From Escherichia coli (GTDB taxonomy: Bacteria; Pseudomonadota; Gammaproteobacteria; Enterobacterales; Enterobacteriaceae), in assembly GCF_013122565.1 (NCBI RefSeq), contig NZ_CP053258.1: a stretch of DNA of 64,000 nucleotides, one strand, 5' to 3'. How positions within the stretch are numbered: position 1 is the first letter of the stretch; each line of letters begins with the position of its first letter. Shown piece after piece: positions 1-12,228 of the stretch. Under the pieces are notes generated by a model. It had not been told where the DNA came from, ran no database searches, and saw only the letters and a list, made by a program, of their open reading frames with translations. Both the position numbers and the translations under genes were made by a program.

Positions 1-12
1 GCAGCAGTGTTG

Positions 13-1059
13 CTATTTCGAGCAACGGCGGGTTAATGCGACACCAGCCCCGATCAGCCCCCCGACAATGCCCCACATAATCATCAGGAAGGCACGACGT
101 GGGCTATCGCGTTTTACCGGTTCTTCCGGCGTACGCAAATAGCGATAGGTCTGAAAACGCGGATCCAGGGTTGGACCAACATTCAGGGTGTTTAACATGG
201 CCCGATTCTGATCATAGTCGAGATCAAAGGCCGGACCGACGGCCTGTAAATTTTCCAGTCGAGCCTGGAGCATTGGACGCCCAAGCAGGAACATTTCTGA
301 ATCAGGTAATTCCTCGGCAGGCACATCTGTCGCACTGCGCGAAATATTATGCTGCTCAGCAATTTTCAGCGCCTGCTCAATGCTGTTCATCCGGCGGTCG
401 TAGATGGCTTTCGCCACCTCTTCCTGACGCTTCACCTGAGCTTTCATCTGGATGGTGCGTGCCGCCCATGCGCCTTTCAGCTCATCATTCAGATGGCTGG
501 CTGCACGCTGGCTGGCAAAAGCAACATACTGACGTAACAGGTTATTAGCGTCAGGCGCGGTTTCGGCAATAAGCTTCACGCTGTCATTGACCGCGCGGGT
601 AAAGTCTCCGGGGATAAACTGGATGTTGTTAATCATTTCATCCAGCAACGCCGCATCGGCTTTGCTGTTGCCCACCATCCGCTGCTTGTAATAGTCGGTT
701 TGCAGCCAGAACTCTCTGCGGGTATCCCACGAGGCCAGTTGCATAACAAACTCTTTATAGGCTTCGTCCATGACCGATGGTTGGTCGGCAGAAGCCATGT
801 TTGAACGGACATCCAGGTTACGCAAAAATTGCTGCTGCGAGTAATATCCCCCCAGCATATTCACCGTTGGACGATCGGTAATCGCCGTCGAGCTCCACTC
901 CTGACGAGCAAAAAAAGTATACGCCAGCGCGATTAACGCAAACGCCAGCCCCATGCCAATAATCCATAGCTTCCCAGCCCACAAGGTACGAAACAACCCA
1001 CGAATATCCAGTTCATTTTCAGCGTCTTCGGCCGGTTTCCCAGGCATTGGTTGTGTCAT
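13..1059 (-). CDS. wzzE: ECA polysaccharide chain-length modulation protein WzzE
   Basis: ORF 13..1062 (349 aa, MMTQPMPGKPAEDAENELDIRGLFRTLWAGKLW...) matches remembered WzzE; start taken at the second Met (1059), 1062 is the alternative. Directly downstream of wecA as in E. coli. Confidence 0.85.
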   Translation of the reverse strand: MTQPMPGKPAEDAENELDIRGLFRTLWAGKLWIIGMGLAFALIALAYTFFARQEWSSTAITDRPTVNMLGGYYSQQQFLRNLDVRSNMASADQPSVMDEAYKEFVMQLASWDTRREFWLQTDYYKQRMVGNSKADAALLDEMINNIQFIPGDFTRAVNDSVKLIAETAPDANNLLRQYVAFASQRAASHLNDELKGAWAARTIQMKAQVKRQEEVAKAIYDRRMNSIEQALKIAEQHNISRSATDVPAEELPDSEMFLLGRPMLQARLENLQAVGPAFDLDYDQNRAMLNTLNVGPTLDPRFQTYRYLRTPEEPVKRDSPRRAFLMIMWGIVGGLIGAGVALTRRCSK

Positions 1060-1070
1060 CACATCCTCAT

Positions 1071-2174
1071 TTATTTGGTTAAATTGGGGCTGCCACCACG
1101 ATTTCTACGCAGTCTGCGTTTTACGCGCTTAATAAAGCGAGCAACTTTCCAGGCACGCTTAATGCAATATCCATAGAGGAAGAATGCTAGCAAAAAGAGC
1201 ACCAGCATGACCCACTCCGGGACAAAATGAGAATATTCTGCCAGCACGCCAATGGAAGCGAGCAGTGCTGCGGCAAGGGTAATCAGCACAAACGCCTGAC
1301 GGGAAGTAAACCCGGCACGCATGATCAAATGGTGAATATGCTGACGGTCAGGAGAGAATGGGCTCATGCCTTTACGCAGGCGACGGTACATAATCGCCAC
1401 CATATCCATTAGCGGAATGGCGATTATCCACAAAGCGGTAACCGGGCTGATGGGATGGGTTTTGCCCTGGGTCGTTTCGAGCAGGATCCAGATAACGGTA
1501 AAACCAATCAGCGTACTGCCCGCATCACCCATAAAGACTTTGTAGCGGCGACCCAGGATACCAAGGTTAAGCATGATATATGGCAGGATGGCGGCGATCA
1601 TCGCAAAGCACCAGATTGCGAGGCTGGTTTGCCCGTCGAACCACAAAATCATACCGATTGCTGCAAACGAGACGCAGGACAACCCGCCCAGCAAGCCATC
1701 AATGCCATCAACCATGTTGAAGGCATTAATGGCCGCCCAGACGGCAAATAGCGTCAGGAAGTAACCAAACGGTCCGAGCACCATCTCCCAGGAGCCAAAG
1801 ATATAACCCAGGCTACTGAGATAAAGGTTGCCAAACACCATCATAACAATGCCAACAGCGGCCTGTATGGTGGCACGGATTTTTACGCTGATATCAAAAC
1901 GGTCATCCAGCGCGCCAATGAAAACAAGCACACCGGCACAAGCGAGATAGAGAGATGCATGCGGAATATAGTAATCGACAATTCCGAACGTGAAGCAAAT
2001 CCCTGCGTAAACCGAAATACCCCCAACGAGTGGTATCAACCCCTGGTGACGTTTGCGGAAGTTTGGTTTATCCACTAAACCGACTTTTTTTGCCACCTTA
2101 CGGGCAAAAAACAGAAACAGTGTCGTGAATAAAAAAATACTGATGAGATCAGTACTCACTGTCAGTAAATTCAC
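1071..2174 (-). CDS. wecA: UDP-GlcNAc:undecaprenyl-phosphate GlcNAc-1-phosphate transferase WecA (Rfe)
   Basis: 367-aa polytopic membrane ORF (MNLLTVSTDLISIFLF...); length and position downstream of rho match WecA. Confidence 0.9.
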   Translation of the reverse strand: MNLLTVSTDLISIFLFTTLFLFFARKVAKKVGLVDKPNFRKRHQGLIPLVGGISVYAGICFTFGIVDYYIPHASLYLACAGVLVFIGALDDRFDISVKIRATIQAAVGIVMMVFGNLYLSSLGYIFGSWEMVLGPFGYFLTLFAVWAAINAFNMVDGIDGLLGGLSCVSFAAIGMILWFDGQTSLAIWCFAMIAAILPYIMLNLGILGRRYKVFMGDAGSTLIGFTVIWILLETTQGKTHPISPVTALWIIAIPLMDMVAIMYRRLRKGMSPFSPDRQHIHHLIMRAGFTSRQAFVLITLAAALLASIGVLAEYSHFVPEWVMLVLFLLAFFLYGYCIKRAWKVARFIKRVKRRLRRNRGGSPNLTK

Positions 2175-2370
2175 AATGCATGCTCTCAGAGAAAATTATT
2201 AGCAGAAGTATAACCACGAAGACCTTTATTCAGAAGGGAAAGTCCGTTCCGAACCCACCAGTCCTGTGCAAAAATTAACCATTTGATATGCAAATTGCAT
2301 AACATGCCAGCAAATTCCAGGAATTTTCCTAACATCGCCAGCGCGGCATTAAGATTACAGATATAAAAGC

Positions 2371-2399
2371 AAAACGCCACGTAAACACGTGGCGTTTTT
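2371..2399 (-). terminator. Intrinsic terminator downstream of rho
   Basis: Palindrome aaaacgccacgt-aaac-acgtggcgtttt followed on the minus strand by a T-rich run, just 3' of the rho stop. Confidence 0.6.
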
Positions 2400-2413
2400 G
2401 GCATAAGACAAAT

Positions 2414-3673
2414 TTATGAGCGTTTCATCATTTCGAAGAAATCGTCATTGGTCTTGGTCATTGCCAGTTTATTAATGAGGAATTCCATTGCATCGATTTC
2501 GCCCATCGGGTGAATGATTTTGCGCAGGATCCACATTTTCTGCAGTTCTTCCTGAGTAGTGAGCAGTTCTTCTTTACGGGTACCGGAACGGTTGTAGTCG
2601 ATAGCCGGGAAGACGCGTTTTTCAGCAATCTTACGAGAAAGGTGCAGTTCCATGTTGCCTGTACCTTTAAACTCTTCGTAGATAACTTCGTCCATTTTAG
2701 AACCGGTATCGATAAGCGCCGTCGCGATAATGGTCAGGCTGCCGCCCTCTTCCACGTTACGCGCCGCACCGAAGAAGCGTTTCGGACGATGAAGGGCATT
2801 GGCGTCCACACCACCGGTCAACACTTTACCTGACGCCGGAACAACAGTGTTGTAAGCGCGCGCCAGACGAGTGATGGAGTCGAGCAGAATGATAACGTCT
2901 TTCTTGTGCTCAACCAGGCGTTTGGCCTTCTCGATCACCATTTCCGCAACCTGAACGTGGCGAGATGCGGGTTCGTCAAAGGTAGAAGCAACAACTTCAC
3001 CTTTTACCAGACGCTGCATCTCGGTTACTTCTTCCGGACGTTCGTCGATCAGCAGAACCATCAGCACACAATCCGGGTGGTTGTAAGCAATGCTCTGAGC
3101 AATGTTCTGCAGCAGCATAGTTTTACCGGCTTTCGGCGGTGCCACAATCAGACCACGCTGACCACGACCGATAGGTGATGCCAGATCCAGTACGCGAGCG
3201 GTTAAATCTTCAGTAGAACCGTTACCACGTTCCATACGCAGACGAGAGTTTGCGTGCAGCGGGGTTAAGTTCTCAAAGAGGATTTTGTTGCGGGCGTTTT
3301 CAGGTTTGTCGAAGTTAACTTCGTTAACTTTCAGCAGCGCAAAATAGCGTTCACCTTCTTTCGGCGGGCGAATCTTACCAGAGATGGTATCACCAGTGCG
3401 GAGGTTGAAACGGCGGATTTGGCTAGGGGAAACGTAGATGTCATCAGGACCGGCGAGGTAGGAGCTGTCTGCGGAACGGAGGAAACCAAATCCATCCTGC
3501 AATATCTCCAGTACGCCATCACCAAAGATATCTTCGCCACTCTTTGCGTGCTGCTTCAGGATGGCAAAAATAATGTCCTGCTTACGCATACGAGCCAGGT
3601 TTTCCAGCCCCATATTTTCGCCGAGAGTGATCAGCTCAGAAACCGGCGTATTCTTTAATTCGGTAAGATTCAT
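2414..3673 (-). CDS. rho: Transcription termination factor Rho
   Basis: ORF 2414..3745 contains [36 protein letters not shown]... with Walker A GKT; start set at Met-25 of the ORF (3673) to give the 419-aa Rho. Confidence 0.95.
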
Positions 3674-3757
3674 AGTGGTGTGAGTTCTTAAACTTGGGGT
3701 AAATCTCGAACTTAATGTTGTGAATGGTATGGCAGGATCATCCATGCCTGTTTACGG

Positions 3758-3859
3758 TCATCGACTCATGTCTTTTCGCTGCCTGGTCACAGGAGAGTAC
3801 GCAGAACTGAAACGACAAGACGGATTGAGTGACGAGCCAGAAATCTGTTCACTTCGCAT
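3758..3859 (-). CDS. rhoL: rho operon leader peptide RhoL
   Basis: Minus-strand translation from 3859 gives MRSEQISGSSLNPSCRFSSAYSPVTRQRKDMSR*, matching the remembered 33-aa rho leader peptide, immediately upstream of rho. Confidence 0.75.
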   Translation of the reverse strand: MRSEQISGSSLNPSCRFSSAYSPVTRQRKDMSR

Positions 3860-3999
3860 TTAAGATAAAACGGGAAGCGTTGGAAATTACAAGATTCAAA
3901 CTTAATAAGGTATGTTTAATACGAAGTCAACACTAAGTTAGCATGACTCACGCCGGGCGTCCAGTTTTTAGCGACGGGGCACCCGAACATGAAATTCCC

Positions 4000-4329
4000 T
4001 TACGCCAGGTTAGCGTCGAGGAACTCTTTCAACTGACCTTTAGACAGTGCACCCACTTTGGTTGCCGCCACTTCACCGTTTTTGAACAGCAGCAGAGTCG
4101 GGATACCACGGATGCCATATTTCGGCGCAGTGCCAGGGTTTTGATCGATGTTCAGTTTTGCAACGGTCAGTTTGCCCTGATATTCGTCAGCGATTTCATC
4201 CAGAATCGGGGCGATCATTTTGCACGGACCGCACCACTCTGCCCAGAAATCGACGAGGATCGCCCCGTCCGCTTTGAGTACATCCGTGTCAAAACTGTCG
4301 TCAGTCAGGTGAATAATTTTATCGCTCAT
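4000..4329 (-). CDS. trxA: Thioredoxin 1
   Basis: ORF 4000..4434 contains [37 protein letters not shown] (WCGPC active site); start set at MSDK for 109 aa. Confidence 0.95.
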
Positions 4330-4459
4330 ATATAACTCCACAGGAATAAGCCTGGCGTGTTGGTTTCGTTGTTGGTGTAACATTAACCAACTAAAGGTTG
4401 ACTTTATTTCACCGGATACGCTTTCGTAAAGCAATAGTAAGCTGATATTCTACCACACT

Positions 4460-5725
4460 ATGAGCAAAACACATTTAACAGAACAGAAGTTTTCCGACTT
4501 CGCCCTGCATCCGAAGGTTGTAGAAGCCCTTGAAAAAAAAGGGTTTCATAACTGTACGCCCATTCAGGCACTGGCCCTTCCGCTGACGCTGGCGGGTCGT
4601 GACGTAGCCGGGCAGGCGCAAACCGGTACCGGGAAAACGATGGCGTTTCTTACGTCAACGTTTCATTATCTTCTCTCTCATCCTGCGATTGCCGATCGCA
4701 AGGTGAATCAACCACGTGCCTTAATTATGGCACCGACGCGTGAACTTGCCGTGCAGATCCATGCCGACGCAGAACCGCTGGCGGAAGCTACCGGCCTGAA
4801 GCTGGGTCTGGCTTACGGTGGTGATGGCTACGACAAACAGCTGAAAGTGCTGGAAAGCGGCGTTGACATTCTGATTGGCACTACGGGGCGTTTAATTGAC
4901 TACGCCAAGCAGAACCACATTAACCTCGGTGCCATTCAGGTGGTGGTACTGGACGAAGCCGATCGCATGTACGATCTGGGCTTTATTAAAGATATCCGCT
5001 GGCTGTTCCGCCGTATGCCGCCTGCAAACCAGCGCCTCAACATGCTGTTCTCCGCCACGCTTTCGTACCGGGTACGTGAACTGGCGTTCGAGCAGATGAA
5101 CAATGCCGAATATATTGAAGTGGAACCGGAACAGAAAACGGGCCACCGTATTAAAGAAGAGCTTTTCTACCCTTCTAACGAAGAAAAAATGCGTTTGCTC
5201 CAAACGCTGATCGAAGAAGAGTGGCCAGACAGAGCGATTATTTTCGCCAACACAAAACACCGTTGTGAAGAGATCTGGGGCCACCTGGCGGCAGATGGTC
5301 ATCGTGTCGGTTTGTTGACAGGCGATGTCGCGCAGAAAAAACGTCTGCGTATTCTTGATGAATTTACCCGTGGCGATCTGGATATTTTGGTTGCCACCGA
5401 CGTTGCCGCGCGTGGTTTGCATATCCCGGCTGTGACACACGTCTTTAACTACGATTTACCCGATGACTGTGAAGATTACGTTCACCGTATTGGTCGTACA
5501 GGCCGCGCAGGCGCAAGCGGTCACTCTATTAGCCTGGCATGTGAAGAGTATGCATTGAATTTGCCTGCTATTGAGACCTATATTGGTCACTCAATTCCGG
5601 TAAGCAAATACAATCCGGACGCATTGATGACCGATCTGCCAAAACCGCTGCGCCTCACGCGCCCGCGCACAGGCAATGGTCCGCGTCGTACTGGCGCTCC
5701 GCGTAATCGTCGTCGTTCAGGTTAA
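4460..5725 (+). CDS. rhlB: ATP-dependent RNA helicase RhlB (DEAD-box)
   Basis: 421-aa ORF with DEAD-box helicase motifs ([27 protein letters not shown]) and an Arg-rich C-terminus; divergent from trxA as in E. coli. Confidence 0.95.
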
Positions 5726-5860
5726 ATAAAAAATGTCATACTCAAAATCATTCAAACTGTATCAAGATGGCAAGAGAATGAATCCCGATGAACTTACTGT
5801 AGTAAGTGATTCTGGTGAAAGAATGCAGCCAACACAGAGACAGATTGAAGGATGAAGAGT

Positions 5861-7345
5861 ATGGGTTCCACCTCGTCGCTGTATGCAGCCATTGATCTCG
5901 GTTCGAATAGTTTTCATATGCTGGTTGTGCGCGAGGTGGCTGGAAGCATCCAGACGCTGACGCGAATTAAACGCAAAGTGCGTCTGGCTGCTGGCCTGAA
6001 CAGCGAAAATGCCCTGTCTAATGAAGCAATGGAGCGCGGCTGGCAATGTTTGCGCCTGTTTGCTGAACGTCTGCAAGATATCCCTCCCTCGCAAATTCGC
6101 GTTGTCGCAACGGCAACGTTACGCCTTGCCGTCAATGCGGGTGATTTTATTGCCAAAGCGCAGGAAATTCTCGGTTGTCCGGTACAGGTGATCAGTGGTG
6201 AAGAGGAGGCGCGTCTGATTTATCAGGGCGTTGCTCACACCACTGGTGGTGCCGATCAGCGCCTGGTGGTGGATATCGGCGGTGCCAGTACGGAACTGGT
6301 AACCGGCACGGGTGCACAAACTACCTCGTTGTTCAGCCTGTCGATGGGCTGCGTCACCTGGCTGGAACGCTATTTTGCCGATCGTAATCTGGGGCAGGAA
6401 AATTTTGATGCTGCAGAAAAAGCGGCACGCAAAGTGTTACGTCCGGTTGCCGATGAATTACGGTATCACGGCTGGAAAGTGTGCGTTGGCGCTTCCGGCA
6501 CCGTGCAGGCGTTACAGGAAATCATGATGGCACAGGGGATGGATGAACGCATTACCCTGGAAAAGTTGCAGCAACTGAAACAACGCGCCATTCATTGCGG
6601 TCGGCTGGAAGAGCTAGAGATTGACGGGCTGACGCTGGAACGTGCGTTAGTGTTCCCGAGTGGTCTGGCGATCCTGATCGCCATTTTTACCGAACTGAAT
6701 ATTCAGTGTATGACCCTGGCTGGCGGTGCGCTGCGTGAAGGCCTGGTCTACGGCATGTTGCATCTGGCCGTCGAGCAGGATATTCGCAGCCGTACGCTGC
6801 GTAATATTCAGCGCCGCTTTATGATCGATATTGATCAGGCGCAGCGCGTAGCCAAAGTTGCAGCTAACTTCTTCGATCAGGTGGAAAACGAATGGCATCT
6901 TGAAGCGATAAGCCGCGATTTGCTCATCAGCGCCTGTCAGCTTCATGAAATCGGCCTGAGCGTTGACTTCAAACAAGCGCCGCAACACGCTGCTTATCTG
7001 GTGCGTAATCTGGATCTTCCCGGTTTTACCCCCGCACAGAAAAAATTGCTGGCGACGCTACTGCTCAACCAGACTAATCCGGTCGATCTCTCATCGCTGC
7101 ATCAGCAAAATGCCGTACCGCCGCGCGTCGCAGAACAACTCTGCCGTTTACTCCGCCTGGCCATCATTTTTGCCAGCCGTCGTCGTGACGATCTCGTGCC
7201 AGAGATGACATTACAGGCTAACCATGAACTGTTGACCTTGACGCTTCCGCAAGGTTGGTTAACCCAACATCCGCTGGGTAAAGAGATTATTGCTCAGGAA
7301 AGCCAGTGGCAGAGCTATGTCCACTGGCCGCTGGAAGTGCATTAA
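5861..7345 (+). CDS. gppA: Guanosine pentaphosphate phosphohydrolase / exopolyphosphatase GppA
   Basis: ORF 5852..7345; start set at [23 protein letters not shown] (Ppx/GppA family N-terminus); about 494 aa. Confidence 0.9.
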   Translation: MGSTSSLYAAIDLGSNSFHMLVVREVAGSIQTLTRIKRKVRLAAGLNSENALSNEAMERGWQCLRLFAERLQDIPPSQIRVVATATLRLAVNAGDFIAKAQEILGCPVQVISGEEEARLIYQGVAHTTGGADQRLVVDIGGASTELVTGTGAQTTSLFSLSMGCVTWLERYFADRNLGQENFDAAEKAARKVLRPVADELRYHGWKVCVGASGTVQALQEIMMAQGMDERITLEKLQQLKQRAIHCGRLEELEIDGLTLERALVFPSGLAILIAIFTELNIQCMTLAGGALREGLVYGMLHLAVEQDIRSRTLRNIQRRFMIDIDQAQRVAKVAANFFDQVENEWHLEAISRDLLISACQLHEIGLSVDFKQAPQHAAYLVRNLDLPGFTPAQKKLLATLLLNQTNPVDLSSLHQQNAVPPRVAEQLCRLLRLAIIFASRRRDDLVPEMTLQANHELLTLTLPQGWLTQHPLGKEIIAQESQWQSYVHWPLEVH

Positions 7346-7354
7346 TGAGTAAGT

Positions 7355-7387
7355 GCCGGATGCGATGCTGACGCATCTTCTCCGGCC
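7355..7387. repeat. REP-like palindromic element between convergent gppA and rep
   Basis: gccggatgcgatgctgacgcatcttctccggcc: GC-rich imperfect palindrome of the REP type (GCCGGATGCG ... CCGGC). Confidence 0.6.
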
Positions 7388-7391
7388 TTGA

Positions 7392-9413
7392 TTATTTCCC
7401 TCGTTTTGCCGCCATCATCGCTTTCAGATTCGCCAGATGGCTTTGCCCTTTCTGCATCCGTTCTTCGGCGCTGACCACTTTGCGCTCCTGTTCCCAAATC
7501 AGATCATCCTGCGGCAGCTCCAGCAAAAAGCGGCTCGGCTCCGGGCGCACCAGTTCGCCGTACTGACGGCGTTCTTTACACAGTGTAAAGGTCAATTCCT
7601 TCTGGGCGCGGGTAATGCCGACATAGGCCAGCCGCCGCTCCTCATCGATATTATCTTCATCGATGCTGCTCTGGTGCGGCAAAAAACCTTCTTCCATACC
7701 GACCATGTAGACATAAGGAAACTCCAGCCCTTTCGACGCGTGGAGAGTCATCAGTTGCACCTGATCCAGCTCTTCTTCACTCTCACCACGCTCCATCATG
7801 TCGCGCAAAGTAAAGCGCGTCACCACCTGGGTGAGCGTCATCGGCTCATCCAGTTCGCTGCCTTCCAGCATCTCCGTCATCCAGCTAAATAACTGGTTAA
7901 CGTTTTTCATACGCATTTCGGCGGCTTTCGGGCTGGGTGAGGTTTCGTACAGCCAGGATTCATAATCCATGCCGTGGATCAGATCGCGCACCGCGGCAAT
8001 CGGCTCCCGCTCCGCCAGACGCTGGATTTCTGCCAACCAGTGAGTGAAGCGGGTCAATGCTTCATAACCACGTCCGCTAAGCGTCTGACTCAGGCCCATA
8101 TCAAAGCTGGCGGTAAACATGCTTTTATTGCGCGTCATCGCCCACTCCCCCAGCTTTTTCAGCGTCGCCGGGCCAATCTCTCGCTTCGGCGTGTTGACGA
8201 TACGCAGAAATGCGCTGTCATCGTCCGGGTTAGTCAGCACGCGCAGATAAGCCAGCAAGTCCTTGATTTCAGGACGAGAGAAAAACGACGTACCACCAGA
8301 TATTTTGTACGGGATGCGGTTTTGCATCAGGAATTTTTCAAACACCCGCGACTGATGGTTACCGCGATAAAGAATAGCGTAATCTTTGTACTGCGTTTTA
8401 TTGACGAAGTGATGCGCAATCAGTTCACCAGTGACGCGCTCGGCTTCATGTTCTTCATTATTCGCGCTTAAAACTTTTAGCTCTGTGCCGTAACCCAGTT
8501 CGGAGAACAGACGCTTTTCAAAGACGTGCGGGTTATTGGCGATCAGGATGTTCGCCGCTTTCAAAATACGTCCGGAAGAGCGGTAGTTCTGCTCAAGCTT
8601 AATCACCTTCAGCGCCGGGAAATCCTGGCTCAGCAGCACCAGGTTTTGCGGACGTGCGCCGCGCCAGGAGTAGATCGACTGGTCATCGTCACCCACCACG
8701 GTAAAGCGCGCGCGGCTGCCCACCAGCAGTTTCACCAGTTCATACTGGCTGGTGTTGGTGTCCTGATACTCATCCACCAGCAGGTAGCGAATTTTGTTCT
8801 GCCAGCGTTCGCGTACTTCTTCATTGCGTTGCAGCAGCAACGTCGGCAATAAAATCAGGTCATCGAAGTCGAGAACGTTACAGGCTTTCAGGTGTGCATC
8901 ATACAGCCCATAACAATGGGCAAAAATACGATCCCGCTCGCCCTTTGCCTCTGCCGCCGCCTGCGCCGGAGTTTTGAGATCGTTCTTCCAGTTGGAGATG
9001 GTCGAAATCAGCTGTTGCAGGAGAACTTTGTCATCTTCAATCAGCCCCTCGGTCAGCTCTTTAAGCAAAGCAAGCTGATCGGTATCGTCAAACAACGAGA
9101 AGTTTGCTTTCATCCCAAGCGCCGCATACTCGCGTTTGATGATATCCAGCCCCAGTGTGTGGAAGGTGGAGATCATCAGCCCACGCGCCTCTTTGCGACC
9201 CAGCGTCTGCCCGACACGCTCTTTCATCTCGCGCGCCGCCTTATTGGTAAAGGTCACCGCCGCGATATGTCGCGCCTGATAACCACAACCGCGGATCAGA
9301 TGGGCAATTTTATTGGTGATAACACGAGTTTTACCGGAACCCGCGCCCGCCAGCACCAGGCAGGGGCCGGTAACGAATTCGACAGCTTGTTGTTGGCCGG
9401 GGTTTAGACGCAT
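7392..9413 (-). CDS. rep: ATP-dependent DNA helicase Rep
   Basis: ORF 7392..9428; start set at [32 protein letters not shown] (UvrD/Rep family, Walker A GSGKT); 673 aa. Confidence 0.9.
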   Translation of the reverse strand: MRLNPGQQQAVEFVTGPCLVLAGAGSGKTRVITNKIAHLIRGCGYQARHIAAVTFTNKAAREMKERVGQTLGRKEARGLMISTFHTLGLDIIKREYAALGMKANFSLFDDTDQLALLKELTEGLIEDDKVLLQQLISTISNWKNDLKTPAQAAAEAKGERDRIFAHCYGLYDAHLKACNVLDFDDLILLPTLLLQRNEEVRERWQNKIRYLLVDEYQDTNTSQYELVKLLVGSRARFTVVGDDDQSIYSWRGARPQNLVLLSQDFPALKVIKLEQNYRSSGRILKAANILIANNPHVFEKRLFSELGYGTELKVLSANNEEHEAERVTGELIAHHFVNKTQYKDYAILYRGNHQSRVFEKFLMQNRIPYKISGGTSFFSRPEIKDLLAYLRVLTNPDDDSAFLRIVNTPKREIGPATLKKLGEWAMTRNKSMFTASFDMGLSQTLSGRGYEALTRFTHWLAEIQRLAEREPIAAVRDLIHGMDYESWLYETSPSPKAAEMRMKNVNQLFSWMTEMLEGSELDEPMTLTQVVTRFTLRDMMERGESEEELDQVQLMTLHASKGLEFPYVYMVGMEEGFLPHQSSIDEDNIDEERRLAYVGITRAQKELTFTLCKERRQYGELVRPEPSRFLLELPQDDLIWEQERKVVSAEERMQKGQSHLANLKAMMAAKRGK

Positions 9414-9629
9414 AGGTGTATTGCTCAATCTTCGAACGGGAGGAGGATTGTAGCAGAATCACATTTGAATGTGACCGCGTGTAAGCCGCTAACCGGTTGG
9501 CTGTGGATGTTTAAATCAGAGAGGGAAGACCGAAACCGGAGTTCATTGTGAATCAATTAGACTTAGAAAATATCGGGTCGTAACGTTGTGTTATTACTTT
9601 TTCAGAGTTTACTAAGGAGAGGTTTACTC

Positions 9630-10079
9630 GTGGCGATTAATTTCAGCCCTAAGGTTGGTGAAATACTGGAATGCAACTTTGGTAACTATCCTGTTAGCCA
9701 GAATGGACAGTTCAGCACGACGTATTACGATGGCCGCATTCCTCCTGAAATGATAAAAAACAGGTTAGTTGTCGTGCTCAACGGAAAAATTAATGGCAAC
9801 GCATGTATCGTCGTTCCATTATCAACCACTCGCGACCATGACAAGTTAAATCGTGGAATGCATGTTGAAATAGCCAGTAATGTTATCAATGATCTGCAAT
9901 TCTTTGATCAGCAGATTCGTTGGGCCAAAGCCGACCTGGTACAACAAGTCAGTCGAAACCGATTAAACAGAGCAAGGACTTACAGAGGGTATCTTAATCA
10001 ATGTTTGCCATATGAGTTGGTTGCAGACATACAGAGGGCGGTCATCAAGTCAATCAATGCCATATCGCTCATAAATTGA
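9630..10079 (+). CDS. yifN: PemK/MazF-family toxin-like protein (yifN-like), apparently intact
   Basis: ORF 9588..10079; GTG at 9630 lies 9 nt after an aaggaga Shine-Dalgarno. Product (VAINFSPKVGEILECNFG...RLVVVLNGK...CIVVPLSTTRDH...) resembles PemK/MazF-type toxins by eye. Position between rep and ppiC matches yifN. True start (ATG 9588 or GTG 9630) is uncertain. Confidence 0.6.
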   Translation: MAINFSPKVGEILECNFGNYPVSQNGQFSTTYYDGRIPPEMIKNRLVVVLNGKINGNACIVVPLSTTRDHDKLNRGMHVEIASNVINDLQFFDQQIRWAKADLVQQVSRNRLNRARTYRGYLNQCLPYELVADIQRAVIKSINAISLIN

Positions 10080-10155
10080 CAATAAAATCACCATCCCCGA
10101 TAATGACTTTGTAGCCCATAGAGGCCCTAAGTTTTCTCCCCTTGAGGGACCTGCG

Positions 10156-10180
10156 AAGCCCGGATTTTCCGGGCTTTTGC
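10156..10180 (+). terminator. Hairpin/terminator-like element downstream of the yifN-like ORF
   Basis: aagcccgga-ttt-tccgggctt followed by ttg; short U-tract, so of moderate strength. Confidence 0.4.
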
Positions 10181-10252
10181 CATATATGTACCCCCCCACC
10201 CTGACTGACAATTACGTTAGCATCTGCGGATCATGCTAAAATCGCCGCCTGA

Positions 10253-10558
<306 letters not shown>

Positions 10559-10562
10559 CAGT

Positions 10563-10588
10563 AAGGCCTTCTCCAGGAGAAGGCCTTG
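10563..10588. terminator. Bidirectional terminator between convergent ppiC and ilvC
   Basis: Perfect inverted repeat aaggccttctcc-ag-ggagaaggcctt between the ppiC stop and the ilvC stop. Confidence 0.6.
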
Positions 10589-10603
10589 AACTCTGAATCT
10601 CTA

Positions 10604-12079
10604 TTAACCCGCAACAGCAATACGTTTCATATCTGTCATATAGCCGCGCAGTTTCTTACCTACCTGCTCAATCGCATGGCTGCGAATCGCTTCGTTCACA
10701 TCACGCAGTTGCGCGTTATCTACCGCACCTTCCGGAATAGCTTTCCCCAGATCGCCCGGTTGCAGCTCTGCCATAAACGGTTTTAGCAACGGCACACAAG
10801 CGTAAGAGAACAGATAGTTACCGTACTCGGCGGTATCAGAGATAACCACGTTCATTTCGTACAGACGCTTACGGGCGATGGTGTTGGCAATCAGCGGCAG
10901 TTCGTGCAGTGATTCATAGTAAGCAGATTCTTCGATGATGCCGGAATCAACCATGGTTTCAAATGCCAGCTCAACGCCCGCTTTCACCATCGCGATCATC
11001 AGTACGCCTTTATCGAAGTACTCCTGCTCGCCGATTTTGCCTTCATACTGCGGCGCGGTTTCGAAGGCGGTTTTGCCGGTCTCTTCACGCCAGGTCAGCA
11101 GTTTCTTATCATCGTTGGCCCAGTCCGCCATCATACCGGAGGAGAATTCGCCGGAGATGATGTCGTCCATATGTTTCTGGAACAGCGGCGCCATGATCTC
11201 TTTCAGCTGTTCTGACAGCGCGTAAGCACGCAGTTTCGCCGGGTTAGAGAGACGGTCCATCATCAGGGTGATGCCGCCCTGTTTCAGTGCTTCGGTGATG
11301 GTTTCCCAACCGAACTGAATCAGTTTTTCTGCGTATGCCGGATCGGTGCCTTCTTCCACCAGCTTGTCGAAGCACAGCAGAGAGCCAGCCTGCAACATAC
11401 CGCACAGGATGGTTTGCTCACCCATCAGGTCAGATTTCACTTCCGCAACGAAGGACGATTCCAGCACGCCCGCACGGTGACCACCGGTTGCTGCCGCCCA
11501 TGCTTTAGCGATCGCCATACCTTCGCCTTTCGGATCGTTTTCCGGGTGAACGGCAATCAGCGTCGGTACGCCGAATCCACGTTTGTACTCTTCACGCACT
11601 TCGGTGCCAGGGCATTTCGGCGCAACCATGACTACGGTGATATCTTTACGGATCTGCTCGCCCACTTCGACGATGTTGAAACCGTGCGAGTAACCCAGCG
11701 CCGCGCCGTCTTTCATCAGTGGCTGTACGGTGCGCACTACATCAGAGTGCTGCTTGTCCGGCGTCAGGTTAACCACCAGATCCGCCTGTGGGATCAGTTC
11801 TTCGTAAGTACCCACTTTAAAACCATTTTCGGTCGCTTTACGCCAGGACGCGCGCTTCTCGGCAATCGCTTCTTTACGCAGAGCGTAGGAGATATCGAGA
11901 CCAGAATCACGCATGTTCAGGCCCTGGTTCAGACCCTGTGCGCCACAGCCGACGATGACTACTTTTTTACCCTGAAGGTAGCTCGCGCCATCGGCGAATT
12001 CATCGCGGCCCATAAAGCGACATTTGCCCAGCTGTGCCAGCTGCTGGCGCAGATTCAGTGTATTGAAGTAGTTAGCCAT
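10604..12079 (-). CDS. ilvC: Ketol-acid reductoisomerase
   Basis: ORF 10604..12229; start set at [28 protein letters not shown]... (491 aa); divergent from ilvY. Confidence 0.95.
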   Translation of the reverse strand: MANYFNTLNLRQQLAQLGKCRFMGRDEFADGASYLQGKKVVIVGCGAQGLNQGLNMRDSGLDISYALRKEAIAEKRASWRKATENGFKVGTYEELIPQADLVVNLTPDKQHSDVVRTVQPLMKDGAALGYSHGFNIVEVGEQIRKDITVVMVAPKCPGTEVREEYKRGFGVPTLIAVHPENDPKGEGMAIAKAWAAATGGHRAGVLESSFVAEVKSDLMGEQTILCGMLQAGSLLCFDKLVEEGTDPAYAEKLIQFGWETITEALKQGGITLMMDRLSNPAKLRAYALSEQLKEIMAPLFQKHMDDIISGEFSSGMMADWANDDKKLLTWREETGKTAFETAPQYEGKIGEQEYFDKGVLMIAMVKAGVELAFETMVDSGIIEESAYYESLHELPLIANTIARKRLYEMNVVISDTAEYGNYLFSYACVPLLKPFMAELQPGDLGKAIPEGAVDNAQLRDVNEAIRSHAIEQVGKKLRGYMTDMKRIAVAG

Positions 12080-12228
12080 GGTGATTCCTCGTGATGTTGT
12101 GCTTCTTATTGTTCGGTTCGCGTTTGCGAGATTGAATTCACTATATGACAGGAAATTTATTGCGGAAATTGATATATTCACAACGTCACATTGCAATTTT
12201 TGCAACGTCAACATCGAGGGCTGCGCCA

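Noticed and set aside
9588-9629. Upstream ATG (9588) as the start of the yifN-like gene.
   Set aside because: The extension (MLLLFQSLLRRGLL) has no ribosome-binding site, whereas GTG 9630 has a well-spaced aaggaga; kept as an alternative only.
11414-12094. 226-aa plus-strand ORF inside ilvC.
   Set aside because: Antisense to ilvC; no recognisable motifs; artefact.
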